This document shows positions 13,101 to 21,323 of a DNA stretch of 64,000 nt, piece after piece. The stretch lies in IMG/VR virus record IMGVR_UViG_3300020048_002944; one strand, 5' to 3'. The translations under genes and the position numbers were made by a program. The stretch's first letter is position 1; each line of letters begins with the position of its first letter. The stretch is from a virus. Taxonomy: Duplodnaviria; Caudoviricetes. The notes beneath the pieces were generated by a model. That model was not told the origin of the DNA, ran no database searches, and saw nothing but the letters and a program-made list of their open reading frames with translations.

Positions 13101-16100
13101 ATACAAATACAAACGTCAAGAAATCACTTCATTAATACATCAAATCAAGGTTTACCAGCAAGACAAAATTCCGAGACTGTATTTTATAATAATAAATACT
13201 ATATCTTCGATAAGCCAATGAGGCGAATTAACGAGTATAATATAGATTATTCTTTAAACAGAACACTAAACAATATACCTATTCCTAATTCTTTTACAAA
13301 CAATATACAATCGTTTAATATATATGATAATAAATTATACATATATACGTATAGACAAGTAAATGATATTTATACACATACGATATTAACATATAATATG
13401 GACGGTGTACTAATAGATACTAATGATATCGTTGGATTAAATGTAATACCGAATGAGATATCTCACATATTAGTATATAGTGATGCTGCTTATATTTCGA
13501 CAAACACAGAAAAAATATTCGTTAAAGAATTATCGAATAGTAACTCAACAAAAACAAAAACTGTTGTAGATATACGTAAATATTTCGATTTTATTAAATT
13601 GAACGTATTTGTTATATTTAATAACAAATTCTTCTTCTTATGTGAAGTAAGTGAAAATATATATAAAATTATAATAACTGATTATAATTTAAATACTCTT
13701 TCTATGTTAGATACTGAAAAGATTAATAAATTCTATCCTGATGGTGATAAATTATACTATACTATCGGTGATACTATTTATGAAATAGTAGAAAGAGAAA
13801 ATAACACATATATAAATAAACAAATAAAAAATAATGAGTTTATTCTTGTTTCTAAAGACGAGAACAATAAGTTTAATTATAACATATTTAAACCATATGA
13901 AGAAATATCTACATATAAGTTTATAGATGCGATAGCTAATGGTTCCGATTTCTTAATATATAATAGAACTAATTTAAGTAATGATATACTAATATCTCAC
14001 AATTATGGAGAGACGTTCCTAAATACAGGATTCGACAACGATAACCTATACCAGAAACATTTATTATTAACAAGTGGTAAATGTTATATATGGGATAGTG
14101 TTAGGTCTTTAGGTAATTCTAAATTCATCGAAGCTAATATTAAAGGTGTTATTAACCATAATGGTAAATATTTAACATATCCACAAATAATAAGATCTGA
14201 AAATACATTCACGACTTGGTCTAACCTTGGGCATGTGTATAAAAAGATTATATCTATTAACGATAAAGTAATCGGTATTTCTTTAACCGGTGGCATATAC
14301 GTCTCAGGTGACGATGGTGTTACATGGGATACTTTTGATATATCTAATACTATTGTATATGATGATATAATTCGTTTTAATAATGGATTTATTGTATATA
14401 ATTCTACAAATACACATATCTATAGAAATATTGAGAGTAATGTGATGGAAGTACTATGTGATGCGACAGGTGTTATAGATGTTCAAGTATTTAAAGATAC
14501 CATCATATTGAAATACGAAGAAGAATCAAGAATAATAAATAATTCTAATGTTGATATATATTTATTTAGAATATATGATGTGTTAAAATTAACAGACCGT
14601 GTAATTCTAAGTACAGATAAAGGTGTACATATATCATATAATGGTATAGAATACTTTAAACGATTAGATACGGTTATGTATAAAGCAATTAGTATAGTAA
14701 ATGGAATAATGTTTACAGATACTGATAATGTTATATACACTACAGACTTAGATTGTAGAAATATGACTACTTTACACAATCCGGATATATTGATAGATTT
14801 AACACCTGATGAGTTTTTCATATATAAATATGGAAATGTTATATTTACGAATCATGCGGTTTCATTAAATAATGGATTCACATGGAGTACGATAACCTCG
14901 CCATCACTAACATTAAAATCAGTATATCATATATCTAATAAATTCATGATATCAACTAAATCAGGATCAACATATTCGATAGAAGATGACGGTCCGGTTA
15001 TAAGTGAACTAACACCAGGAAATATAATATCGAATAGTGTCATACTAGACGTTATCCCAGTAACAATCAATATTAATAAACTGATATTATTGGAAGAACT
15101 AAGTAAACAGGAAATATTACCTACATTAACCGAAGATATCGTTGATATGTGTGTTTACGATTACTATATAGTATTACGGGACTCTACATATAAACATTGG
15201 TTAATAGATCTTAAAACTAAACAGAGTTTTGATTTAGGTGTTAACGGTGATCCTATACTAGACGAGAATTACAAATCAATTGTCATCAGAATGATAAATG
15301 ATGGAACAGTGACAATACCTTATATATTTATAAACCTAAGCGACGGTATACATATCGTGAAAGCTTCAAATATTACAAATAAACGTATAATAAATATAAC
15401 TGATGTAAAATATTTATCTGTTGATTCTGATGGGGATATGTATCTTATTAAAAATACACCAGCCTGTCTTATAGATAAAATAGATTTTCAAGGTAATCAT
15501 ATACTTACGTTTGGCGGAAGTGGATCTACAAATGGAGTATTTGGACAATCGTTTGACTTATCAAATAGTTCAAATATAATAACTGTAGACAAATCTGATA
15601 ACGTTTATATATTCGACGAATTGAATTATCGCGTACAGAAGTTTGATAGGAATGGATTATTTGTAACTAACATTGGTGAATTTGGCGAAGATCCATCACA
15701 ATTAAATTACACAACACAACAAAATGTCGATTTACAAATAGACGATAATAATAATATTGTTATATATTTTAAAAATTCTGACATTATTAAGAAGTATAGA
15801 AACTATGGAACATTTATTTCATCTAATAATGATAAAAATTATGACATAGATTTATCTGCTGAAAATATACTAAAAATATCACCAACAGAACCTTCTGTGT
15901 TCACTATATTACAAGATGGAGATACATTCTCTATTAAGAAATATAATAAAATGGTAGATATGTATTATAGACGAGCTATCGTTAAACTTGGTAATAACTT
16001 ACTTTGTTTAATGTATGATAAAGATGAAAAATTAATAAAGAAATATGTTATAGATACATATACTGATAATATGACGGAATTTAATTCTAACGTATTTGAT

Positions 16101-17330
16101 GATGTTAATTTAGTAGACTTGTTTGAAAAATATAACAACCTCTGTCAGTATAATCCTAGTGATACCTCACAGCGAACAGGAAACAGAACTAATTACATTT
16201 TAACAATCGAAGATAACAGGTTTAGAATATACACCAAGTTCGGACAAGCAATGGTCTGGACGAGAAGAGGTGATTTCGATCCAGTTAGAATGGTTGATGG
16301 TGTAACTGTTAATTTCGAAAGAGTTACTTCTTCTATGTATGAAGATAGTGAGGGTGTGTATATAGCAGTATATAATAATTCTAATTTTTCTACAGTTATA
16401 TTAAGATATGATATAGTTGCTAATACAATACATCTAGTTAAAAATATAGATGATAGAAATATTTACATAACTCATATGAAAAAATATTTCGATAGAATTG
16501 CTATATATGATGAACTATCACAGTCTCTTATAATCACTACCCCAGATTTTCAAACTTTCTATTATAATAATACAGATCTAGACAATAGGTATATAGTAGA
16601 CACAGAACAAAAAACAAACGTGCTATATTTACCAAGTCAAATAATAATCAATGACCCTAATAATGAAAATTATTACAATATAAGACTTCCTAAAAAGAAG
16701 GATTATAGATATGCGTTTAGACCTAGAATATATAAATGGAAAGATATAAACATATCTGAACCAATACAACCAACAGTAATCAGTCCTTATCTTGGAAACA
16801 ATAAGCATAAGAAATTATTGTCTATTAGATTTCCTACTAAGATAAATAAAAATGCATATATACTAGTATATAACGGTATACCTTTATTCTTTAATAACAG
16901 AGTAAACCCTAAAGATGATCATGAAATACTATTGGATGATCTTGATCTTTATAGAGCTATATTAAAATATAGTAATCCTATAAGTGTACATAAAGATACA
17001 TCTTACGAATCCCATAATTTTACATTGATTAATGCTTCTACTGATAATCTTTCGAAAGAAGTTTATTTGTATTTAGATAGAGCAAATGTAGAATATAGAG
17101 GAAAAGAAATTGTCGCTAGATTCTCAGCTCCTATATATGGAGAATGTATATTGTTAAATGGAATAGACCATGAATATATAATAGAAGACCCACATACTAT
17201 TAAATACATACCATCTAGATTCGGTATATCTGAAAAGATAGATGAATTAAATGATGTTGGTACTTATAATATGGAAGTAGCTAAAGAACACGTTGTATGT
17301 AAATTACAATTTATACTAAAAGATAAATAA
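4116..17330 (+). CDS. giant 4404-aa putative tail/baseplate-associated protein with many beta-propeller (Asp-box/BNR, NHL-like) repeats
   Basis: Single 13.2-kb ORF; Asp-boxes (TSDDEGVTW, SHNYGETF, SGDDGVTW, SLNNGFTW); NHL-like VYIFDELNYRVQKFDRNGLFVTNIG. Confidence 0.75.
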   Translation: MKRKFLKTMDKDTILFVMNGRMSLAYHWDYYQQIKNNIMKEFQYEIPSCILFKAGDTVDSWIDMNYAHADGKAIGILNFRQQAIDAYNKQIRQVQSMGGTIPPAIYTDKEGYEFFIAVNDGEYQNINKELIEIGKYVDISQYSISRPYTPFDDRHLMDDIKLTFKDGKKPLNSIITFNMMMYPHIIDKNNDNIVYIPYGLRLSTYMTVGEIDEVRLFPNMNVVNYVVNAHRPSKVFKGLDRLIRISSSDGQTDQSKDFRNFEAHTINPYVKERMGSLRKLVEYSVTDAKEITGLPIVEVTDVIEMHKDNIFILVKLDNGKYKYYVHDIKTNLFRINNHSFAAKEISKLKIVEDSVFVYYTTINNKLYNLQVSIKNIDMYDERLIYSSNYDISNPDFDIISNSELIFNYREDVPTDNISEANSIELRKEKELAINSFNNENLIAICDNTLMILEKYTHNEYKLYIRNTNSTNIENIDYSSYLTFSSDTEGASDIQKAGVWYTGNNRWVIKIGYSYWTSDDEGVTWVTNVFSEDILKSLNITYENINYTTPPEISAYTNVTYNVYIYDEYIIFLVYIGNGSIVRRFYVYNKSTMEKIGEFGEFGNFPGGQYESYLSLNNFKFTYTGNIFLRVYNNLIYIYDSDWKKLRVFSMTGELISVRICRICTFGENFIVAMQYDAVSPYNATVNNTVDIYDTNLTIVKKITIGEIFYDTSDPLNPIPNIQALYINGIVADDNYIYFLDNAKTLKYDWVNKVIVKYINTRLPLNYSATLFNNITYQINNNNITAYLEDQMLTGQPQIPQPSGRHLYILNNNLYMVNNNSTYKLSITYYRNILDNLKNIQTFKFQSNKVCTNYISQKNSYYTFNESYGTCNNRWSHYNYIKLTNNRYIFIPSDIFNNDYYLLDVNGVMKLASNSSFVAFFLNNNLYPVKSFEFNEVQYVITSNGNIYKYTDGVCELYDTLSYINNITHDVIIKVVENILFINILDNVISYDIDAKQIMQTSYNELQPFLDIQKNTNDMLVKCTDSIQFYNISMYKCSNIINKLNYKSNINNSNIVDFCFDVKGNTTSIAIGSDYYIILHPDSNVNKNSITWCRYSNINNTLELSDSGILKDIENNIEYMANYIYDKHSFNIYTIDKYIYILGVFTNKNNDNMYYMYRLGDRGVAKIFSIVHNSNKLIKRPKDILHINKYLYLFNGDDLLELDYNDRDNDLYIEIKNNTILENTGDIKGVIKFNDKTLTYENNQVNIFNNQYTLEQTKNIQNIINISFYGDNFLVITNDSIILYDENFEIINNMTIPEVFVDCSNISNVVRYLDFIFVVKYFNDAYDKRYTLYKFKIEGSELLEINKLDIPAIAATVTLSIENSIIYITYQTTNNISIFKTYFDIMQLQQHTFKNIEISNNYHNIFIENKFLFISNGSIKIFDNDLMELHAINANVIKPDQVCYYNDILYIGGIGVLHEFKFSLTTPGNKPLKITAIINNVKYSQIKLDSNIDYMSNFKHRKILKNTLSNKQVIDIHNNTPTTINVKQSVDNIEDYIIVNDDEYPINGQSIVRQYDDADQIIDIFGNAGSLELHIDSGDRIKTINDNIIDDARIERKIEFGEYNEISDYVAHSFNDGIEVSLNKNTSKILMDTKYNISGKILFTHIRENNTYLIVENTAAQRKLYRILKLNSTHELLEHAVIDSISNVITSKQIEQLVLNLVDNKLRNSSIIFKLVGDNTLYELNINTNEVSDISHIFATNQEVLDIYDILPIINYKYFIMMSDNNELFLIIYYRTRQTTTNSGQICTILFKYVTVNNNFQLLWIKRLEDILYNNDDVPLYISYNIIIQGQNIMIDNSGPYYTCININNLNNVKFLNKNNIINYDIHNNQFNVIDQKVTNTIYEITDDKIFANTRLCNRPQSQLTDIIKCTKSQTTAEVYLKHKATYNDFNIIENTKYIVDQVIFNGKLLILSNEDVPKIYMYDTDLNFIRVISIPEAYNVTNISSTDTKICVFGRRIRNSDNYINIFILNSQFQVEEIIPTEIMLGYSVIRIIVFNNINGLCILVQFGLGTIYVYSYNNTQARYIMTRVFFSGNNITCIDISVNENNISIIYNEHTNVNACQLWSTIFDKNTLQPIQNTSKDSFNISQYTTNNNNNILAKNINNKTYVWFVNTLYNNRTLKNINNNSLDFIYYNSMNRQLDITRHNIPLSVEQLNLLNFNIPQNEINYINYIDDNLLILETRYRYTVKSYIINNSILYEFTNSIHCFDGNHIYRASTVLHSSGNYRELIITKLDKNNLSVLETYNFGNVWFDGLRDITIYKNKIYVVMQFDEDYSNTFIIIIDMVSHTKQSFRGKNYGICKYLIYRDNIYIYNRGAYYSRYDLNMNYIDYRTPGIPPLNSDMLCNYNDEFSYVVYNARNILSSNIKNIYIQPLEDENIKCATFHQHNMYFLSGTSIFKIVNQYDTQIILSTNNINKKDTVILKSKIYGNFKLTLTINTVTNILNCHILNTSNNQVYSNDVNLNTSDYFTPNCIIDDKLLQFRDTDNTTIIRLTDLNFNVVNELTIPTSYRIQSHSKSNYPYNIVTNDIFTYDQSYIYTVLLIYRSGYKISGICKISKDLNTIIPEEFNIIGNVSYMFINIIIHNNKIFLTTPNYMVIIDIDLLSYAPQDRPTITANNIEGGLRKTPDIYNEYIIYPGNQYIMLYNTISQSQKVINIGSKFENGAYDIADISISDNILPDVPHSDYFLARLSVFDIFKQRNIVFDLCRDYVYELSDTITIPLVTNGGDFEKCKLIFDGDNLVYDRFDLDNNKIITNIIDSNNNVSANSILQLDTTAVIVKYINLKISNNNAYLLSDANEIHIINCDNYNKINEISYDTLKPIVQPAFNYTNPQKWLYLYILNNDLYIVEKNRILVIDKDTFIGKAIITAPASQLVGEESFNEIYVDINNYIYIRIKNTNKFIIYKENIINTIVTFDYELDIELEIKIKCVNNNNFYLINGLNTYHLGTTINIISGKIQIQTSRNHFINTSNQGLPARQNSETVFYNNKYYIFDKPMRRINEYNIDYSLNRTLNNIPIPNSFTNNIQSFNIYDNKLYIYTYRQVNDIYTHTILTYNMDGVLIDTNDIVGLNVIPNEISHILVYSDAAYISTNTEKIFVKELSNSNSTKTKTVVDIRKYFDFIKLNVFVIFNNKFFFLCEVSENIYKIIITDYNLNTLSMLDTEKINKFYPDGDKLYYTIGDTIYEIVERENNTYINKQIKNNEFILVSKDENNKFNYNIFKPYEEISTYKFIDAIANGSDFLIYNRTNLSNDILISHNYGETFLNTGFDNDNLYQKHLLLTSGKCYIWDSVRSLGNSKFIEANIKGVINHNGKYLTYPQIIRSENTFTTWSNLGHVYKKIISINDKVIGISLTGGIYVSGDDGVTWDTFDISNTIVYDDIIRFNNGFIVYNSTNTHIYRNIESNVMEVLCDATGVIDVQVFKDTIILKYEEESRIINNSNVDIYLFRIYDVLKLTDRVILSTDKGVHISYNGIEYFKRLDTVMYKAISIVNGIMFTDTDNVIYTTDLDCRNMTTLHNPDILIDLTPDEFFIYKYGNVIFTNHAVSLNNGFTWSTITSPSLTLKSVYHISNKFMISTKSGSTYSIEDDGPVISELTPGNIISNSVILDVIPVTININKLILLEELSKQEILPTLTEDIVDMCVYDYYIVLRDSTYKHWLIDLKTKQSFDLGVNGDPILDENYKSIVIRMINDGTVTIPYIFINLSDGIHIVKASNITNKRIINITDVKYLSVDSDGDMYLIKNTPACLIDKIDFQGNHILTFGGSGSTNGVFGQSFDLSNSSNIITVDKSDNVYIFDELNYRVQKFDRNGLFVTNIGEFGEDPSQLNYTTQQNVDLQIDDNNNIVIYFKNSDIIKKYRNYGTFISSNNDKNYDIDLSAENILKISPTEPSVFTILQDGDTFSIKKYNKMVDMYYRRAIVKLGNNLLCLMYDKDEKLIKKYVIDTYTDNMTEFNSNVFDDVNLVDLFEKYNNLCQYNPSDTSQRTGNRTNYILTIEDNRFRIYTKFGQAMVWTRRGDFDPVRMVDGVTVNFERVTSSMYEDSEGVYIAVYNNSNFSTVILRYDIVANTIHLVKNIDDRNIYITHMKKYFDRIAIYDELSQSLIITTPDFQTFYYNNTDLDNRYIVDTEQKTNVLYLPSQIIINDPNNENYYNIRLPKKKDYRYAFRPRIYKWKDINISEPIQPTVISPYLGNNKHKKLLSIRFPTKINKNAYILVYNGIPLFFNNRVNPKDDHEILLDDLDLYRAILKYSNPISVHKDTSYESHNFTLINASTDNLSKEVYLYLDRANVEYRGKEIVARFSAPIYGECILLNGIDHEYIIEDPHTIKYIPSRFGISEKIDELNDVGTYNMEVAKEHVVCKLQFILKDK

Positions 17331-17334
17331 TATT

Positions 17335-17366
17335 TACAGAGGGAATAATTCCCTCTGTATTTTTTT
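17335..17366 (+). terminator. intrinsic terminator
   Basis: TACAGAGGGAA-taa-TTCCCTCTGTA + T7. Confidence 0.85.
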
Positions 17367-17368
17367 AC

Positions 17369-17392
17369 AAAAAAAGAGGTTGTTGCACCTCT
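17369..17392 (-). terminator. intrinsic terminator on minus strand
   Basis: AGAGGT-gcaaca-ACCTCT followed by T tract on minus strand. Confidence 0.75.
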
Positions 17393-17640
17393 CTAAACAT
17401 TTTTTTAAACTGGTTCGTTTTTCCAGTCGTTGTAACTACTCCAACCACCGTTTTTAAATTTCAAATATCAGTAGTCAATTGATATTTACTATCCCGTGCA
17501 ATTACAAGGGTTACTCCTTACTTTATAACTACTCGCCAGGATCGGTCAAGCCAAACCTTCTACTGTGTTTGGACAGCTATTGTATTTACAATAGGTACAT
17601 TATTTGTGGTCCTATCTTAATTAGGATAGATCAATGTACA
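17369..17640 (-). ncRNA. candidate structured non-coding RNA (~270 nt)
   Basis: Early-type promoter upstream (17643-17658, -) and own terminator (17369-17392, -); at least 6 hairpins; no credible ORF. Confidence 0.6.
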
Positions 17641-17642
17641 AT

Positions 17643-17658
17643 ATTATTATATATATTT
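17643..17658 (-). promoter_or_regulatory. early-type phage promoter motif
   Basis: AAATATATATAATAAT on minus strand, same variant as at 29887. Confidence 0.5.
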
Positions 17659-17702
17659 ATATAGTAATTAATTACTATTTTTTAATATATAAATATATAT
17701 AA

Positions 17703-17714
17703 AACATGTATATA
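17703..17714 (+). promoter_or_regulatory. late-type promoter AACA-N6-TA
   Basis: AACATGTATATA upstream of the RBS of 17741. Confidence 0.6.
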
Positions 17715-17740
17715 CATTTAAATTAAAAAGGAGCTTACAT

Positions 17741-20005
17741 ATGGTGTACAAATTAGAAAAAACAACAAAACTACCAACAAATGGATATGATATGTTATCA
17801 TTAAACATTTCCGGTCCTGAATACATATTCGGATCATTATTCGGACATATATTCCACTCTCTAAACAAAGGTAAAACATGGGAGAAATATCCAGAGAATA
17901 TTTTAAAGAATCAAAATGTTAGAATGATTAAACAATTCACAGACCCATTTAAAACTACATATATTGCTATTGGTGATAACTGTATTGCTAAATACGAATG
18001 TCGTTATGTAGAAGAAATTAAAATAGACCCGTACGACATCAACTTCAATACAGGAGTAAGTGGTAATATATACATAACATCTAAACCAGATTGGCAAACT
18101 GCGGAAATATTTGAAGATAAGAATCACATCGTATTAGATATTGTTAGAATAAATACTATCTCCGAAGGATCTGTTTATTATATCCTAACAAATCAAAATA
18201 AGTTATTTTCTTGTTCGTCTGCAAATATAATTAATTTTGATGGGTGGAGAGATGTTAGTCATATATTAGAAAATCTTAACCAAGCAGTAAGTATTGCTTC
18301 TGATTTAACTTACCTTTATGTATTACTATCATCTGGTGACTATATGAAAGTATTACCAGAAGGAAATCATTCTAGTGAACTACGAGATAAACAATTAACA
18401 GTGACTGTTAATAATATAAATTTACCTCTTATACGCATTGGGAATAGCCGAGAAGTAGCTAAGAATTTCTATTCTGACAAAGTATCATTAACAAAAGAAT
18501 GGGTGAAAGAAAATGGGAAAAAATTCAATATTGATGTATCCAAAATCCCAGAAGGCGAATCCCAAACATTTCAAGCTCTATGTTATTTAATAACTACAAC
18601 ATTTGGTCGCGTATTCATGTCGTTAGATTTTAATACTTGGGTTGAAATACCTGTTCCATCTAAAACCTTGAAAGTCACAGAAGACAAGTTTATAACAATT
18701 CCAATATGTAATAATATTTTATCTGTTACTTTTACTGGTATGAAGATTTATCTATTAACTAGTGTTGGTGTTTATATAAATATCGAACTGGAGAAATTCT
18801 CACTATATATGTCAGATGTAAATGTATATATACACGATGCTGATATAGTAACGCTGTCAGACAAGGTTATTCCATCGACCGACCTTAACACTAACCCTCT
18901 CATGAATCTTACTAAAAGATGTATAGCTATAAATAAAGAAACTATATTAATAGGATGTCAGTATGGTATAATTATAAGATGTGAATTTAAAAAGACATCA
19001 GATAAATTATCAGTTAGTGAGTGGTTTACTGGTTATCCTGACGTGGGTGGAGATATTAAACGTCATATCACTAAAGGAGATATTTCATATAGACTGTATG
19101 CTTCCGCAGAATATTCTGAATTTCGTAAAAAGATAGGCTTATCAAAAAGCACAGCATCGCTACCAATATCAAATTCAACACTCGTAATAACCCATCAAGG
19201 TGTATCTTATAAGTTAGAATTAAGAGATCCGACTTTACGCGGATCTATATCTACATTAGAGGGATATGCTGCGGTGTCTAATGTAATTGACGAAAATATG
19301 TTTATTGGTGATATTCGGGATGCTGGTGGAGATACTATATATTTAATATATGATAATGGTGTTATTATTAAATTATCGTGCACTGTATCACAAGCTGGGG
19401 AAATAATCATTAATGCATACTACGATGACGTTTATTCTAAAAACAATGATGAAAAAAGACAACTTACTTACATAGCGTATAATAAATATTCTGGTAAAGT
19501 TGAGACGTCTTTCGCCCTATCTAAAACAGAAAATTCTAATCCACAATTACCGGAATTTAATAAATTCGAAGAAGATATTAAACAACAAATGTTAGCCAAT
19601 CCAAAAGTATTTTCACTCATGGAAAAAGCTAAGTTAGAAATGTCTAATTCTATAATGGAAATAGTTCATACTAAAGATTCTGATTATGGATTAAATGCTG
19701 CAAACGAAATTGTCAAATTAGATAAAGATGGAAATGGTACTGGTGTTGCGATTATAAACGTAAACTTACCACCAAACTCTTCTGTTGTATTGGACGATGA
19801 TACGGCAATTATAAATACCGACCAATCCCATTATATGATAAAAAATGAGAAAGCAACAGCACTATCAGAAAAAGATTTCAATATTCCTATGCGAAATACT
19901 TTTTTCTCTACAATGCTTGAGATGAAGGACGATAATTTGGAGCTTTCTAAATTGGGAAGCTTAGATACCTTTAAGATTAAAACTAGTGATTATTACAAGA
20001 TTTAA
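17741..20005 (+). CDS. Asp-box/beta-propeller protein, putative virion protein
   Basis: FHSLNKGKTW and FMSLDFNTW Asp-box-like motifs; AGGAG RBS. Confidence 0.55.
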   Translation: MVYKLEKTTKLPTNGYDMLSLNISGPEYIFGSLFGHIFHSLNKGKTWEKYPENILKNQNVRMIKQFTDPFKTTYIAIGDNCIAKYECRYVEEIKIDPYDINFNTGVSGNIYITSKPDWQTAEIFEDKNHIVLDIVRINTISEGSVYYILTNQNKLFSCSSANIINFDGWRDVSHILENLNQAVSIASDLTYLYVLLSSGDYMKVLPEGNHSSELRDKQLTVTVNNINLPLIRIGNSREVAKNFYSDKVSLTKEWVKENGKKFNIDVSKIPEGESQTFQALCYLITTTFGRVFMSLDFNTWVEIPVPSKTLKVTEDKFITIPICNNILSVTFTGMKIYLLTSVGVYINIELEKFSLYMSDVNVYIHDADIVTLSDKVIPSTDLNTNPLMNLTKRCIAINKETILIGCQYGIIIRCEFKKTSDKLSVSEWFTGYPDVGGDIKRHITKGDISYRLYASAEYSEFRKKIGLSKSTASLPISNSTLVITHQGVSYKLELRDPTLRGSISTLEGYAAVSNVIDENMFIGDIRDAGGDTIYLIYDNGVIIKLSCTVSQAGEIIINAYYDDVYSKNNDEKRQLTYIAYNKYSGKVETSFALSKTENSNPQLPEFNKFEEDIKQQMLANPKVFSLMEKAKLEMSNSIMEIVHTKDSDYGLNAANEIVKLDKDGNGTGVAIINVNLPPNSSVVLDDDTAIINTDQSHYMIKNEKATALSEKDFNIPMRNTFFSTMLEMKDDNLELSKLGSLDTFKIKTSDYYKI

Positions 20006-20036
20006 TCATTATAAACCAGTATTAAAAACTATATAA

Positions 20037-20068
20037 TAGAGTGAGGTTTTCCTCACTCTACATTTTTT
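20037..20068 (+). terminator. intrinsic terminator
   Basis: TAGAGTGAGG-tttt-CCTCACTCTA + T tract. Confidence 0.85.
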
Positions 20069-20094
20069 ATGTAAAAAATATATATGTATAATAT

Positions 20095-20109
20095 AAGTAT
20101 ATATTATAC
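20095..20109 (+). promoter_or_regulatory. early-type promoter motif
   Basis: AAGTATATATTATAC upstream of LRR gene. Confidence 0.6.
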
Positions 20110-20143
20110 TAATATCTAAGACCTAAAATTTAAGGAGGATTAT

Positions 20144-21238
20144 ATGAAAGAAGAAAAAATTAAAGAAATTGTAGATGCGATTAATAATTCTACATTAAAA
20201 TCAATAGATCTAGTTTTACCAGAACTAGATCACAAAGATTTTTATAGGATTAGGGATGCTATAAAATCAAAGGGTATCGAAAACCTCACGATTCATAGTA
20301 AGAATAGTGGAAAACTCCTATCCAGTATAGACTTATCTGGATGTAGATCGCTAATCAGTGTTTACTTGCCAGATGTTGTAAACCTTGGACGTAGTACATT
20401 TGTAGATTGCGAATCACTAAAACAAGTATCTATCCCAAAAGTAAAAAAATTTACACCATCTGCATTCAACGGATGTAAATCGCTCGTATCGATAGAAGCA
20501 CCGAATCTAGAAAAAAATTACGATGAAATAACAGGGTTTGAAGGATGTGATTCGTTGAAAAATGTACAATTACCTAAATTGAAAATTGTGAATTATTTGA
20601 TGTTTTCCAATTTAGTAGGATTGGAGTTTGTTCGTTTACCGAGCGCAAAAATCGTTGAGCCCGACGCGTTTAAAGGATGCACTAATCTCGCAATGATTAA
20701 ATTGCGATCAGTAAAGACTATTGGCGATGGTGCTTTTACTGGGTGTATATCGTTAGAAACAGTATATGCTCCGAAATTGGAAACACTTGGCAAAGACGTT
20801 TTTCGTACAGCATTATCTTGTACATCTGAAAATTTTAAATTACGTGTGTTAAACTTTCCTAAATTGCGATCTATTGCCGGTAACTTTTTCTCACATTATA
20901 AAGCATTAAAATTTATAAATCTCCCTAAGCTTAAAAAGATAGAGGAGAACGAAATGTTTCAAGGATGCTCTGCTTTACAAGACGTTAAATTACCAAATAT
21001 TATATATATTGATCACAATGCTTTTAGAGATTGTGTATCATTAACATCCATATCCCTACCAAAAGTCACCGAATTTGGCAACAATGTGTTTTGTGGGTGT
21101 ACGAACCTAAAAACTATTTCAGCCCCAAAATTAAAATCTATTGGACTTGACACATTTGAAGAGTGTACGTCTTTAATAGATGAATGTATAAATTTACCTA
21201 AAGTTGCGTACATTCGCGATGCTGAGCAGTTAAAGTAA
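20144..21238 (+). CDS. BspA-type leucine-rich repeat protein
   Basis: About 12 repeats of F.GC..L..V.LP.L..I; no signal peptide seen. Confidence 0.9.
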   Translation: MKEEKIKEIVDAINNSTLKSIDLVLPELDHKDFYRIRDAIKSKGIENLTIHSKNSGKLLSSIDLSGCRSLISVYLPDVVNLGRSTFVDCESLKQVSIPKVKKFTPSAFNGCKSLVSIEAPNLEKNYDEITGFEGCDSLKNVQLPKLKIVNYLMFSNLVGLEFVRLPSAKIVEPDAFKGCTNLAMIKLRSVKTIGDGAFTGCISLETVYAPKLETLGKDVFRTALSCTSENFKLRVLNFPKLRSIAGNFFSHYKALKFINLPKLKKIEENEMFQGCSALQDVKLPNIIYIDHNAFRDCVSLTSISLPKVTEFGNNVFCGCTNLKTISAPKLKSIGLDTFEECTSLIDECINLPKVAYIRDAEQLK

Positions 21239-21245
21239 TATAGTG

Positions 21246-21277
21246 GAGTGAGGTTTCGTCCTCACTCTATTTTTTTT
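21246..21277 (+). terminator. intrinsic terminator (near copy of 20037)
   Basis: GAGTGAGG-tttcgt-CCTCACTC + T8. Confidence 0.85.
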
Positions 21278-21279
21278 AC

Positions 21280-21295
21280 AAATATATATTATAAT
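21280..21295 (+). promoter_or_regulatory. early-type promoter motif
   Basis: AAATATATATTATAAT. Confidence 0.65.
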
Positions 21296-21323
21296 AGTAT
21301 CTTTTAAATATAGGGAGTATATT

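Noticed and set aside
17479-17664. 61-aa + strand ORF in the ncRNA region
   Set aside because: TTG start, no RBS, follows a + strand terminator with no promoter motif, and has atypical composition.
1-21238. Diversity-generating retroelement acting on LRR or propeller genes
   Set aside because: No reverse transcriptase and no template/variable repeat pair with adenine-specific mismatches were seen in the window.
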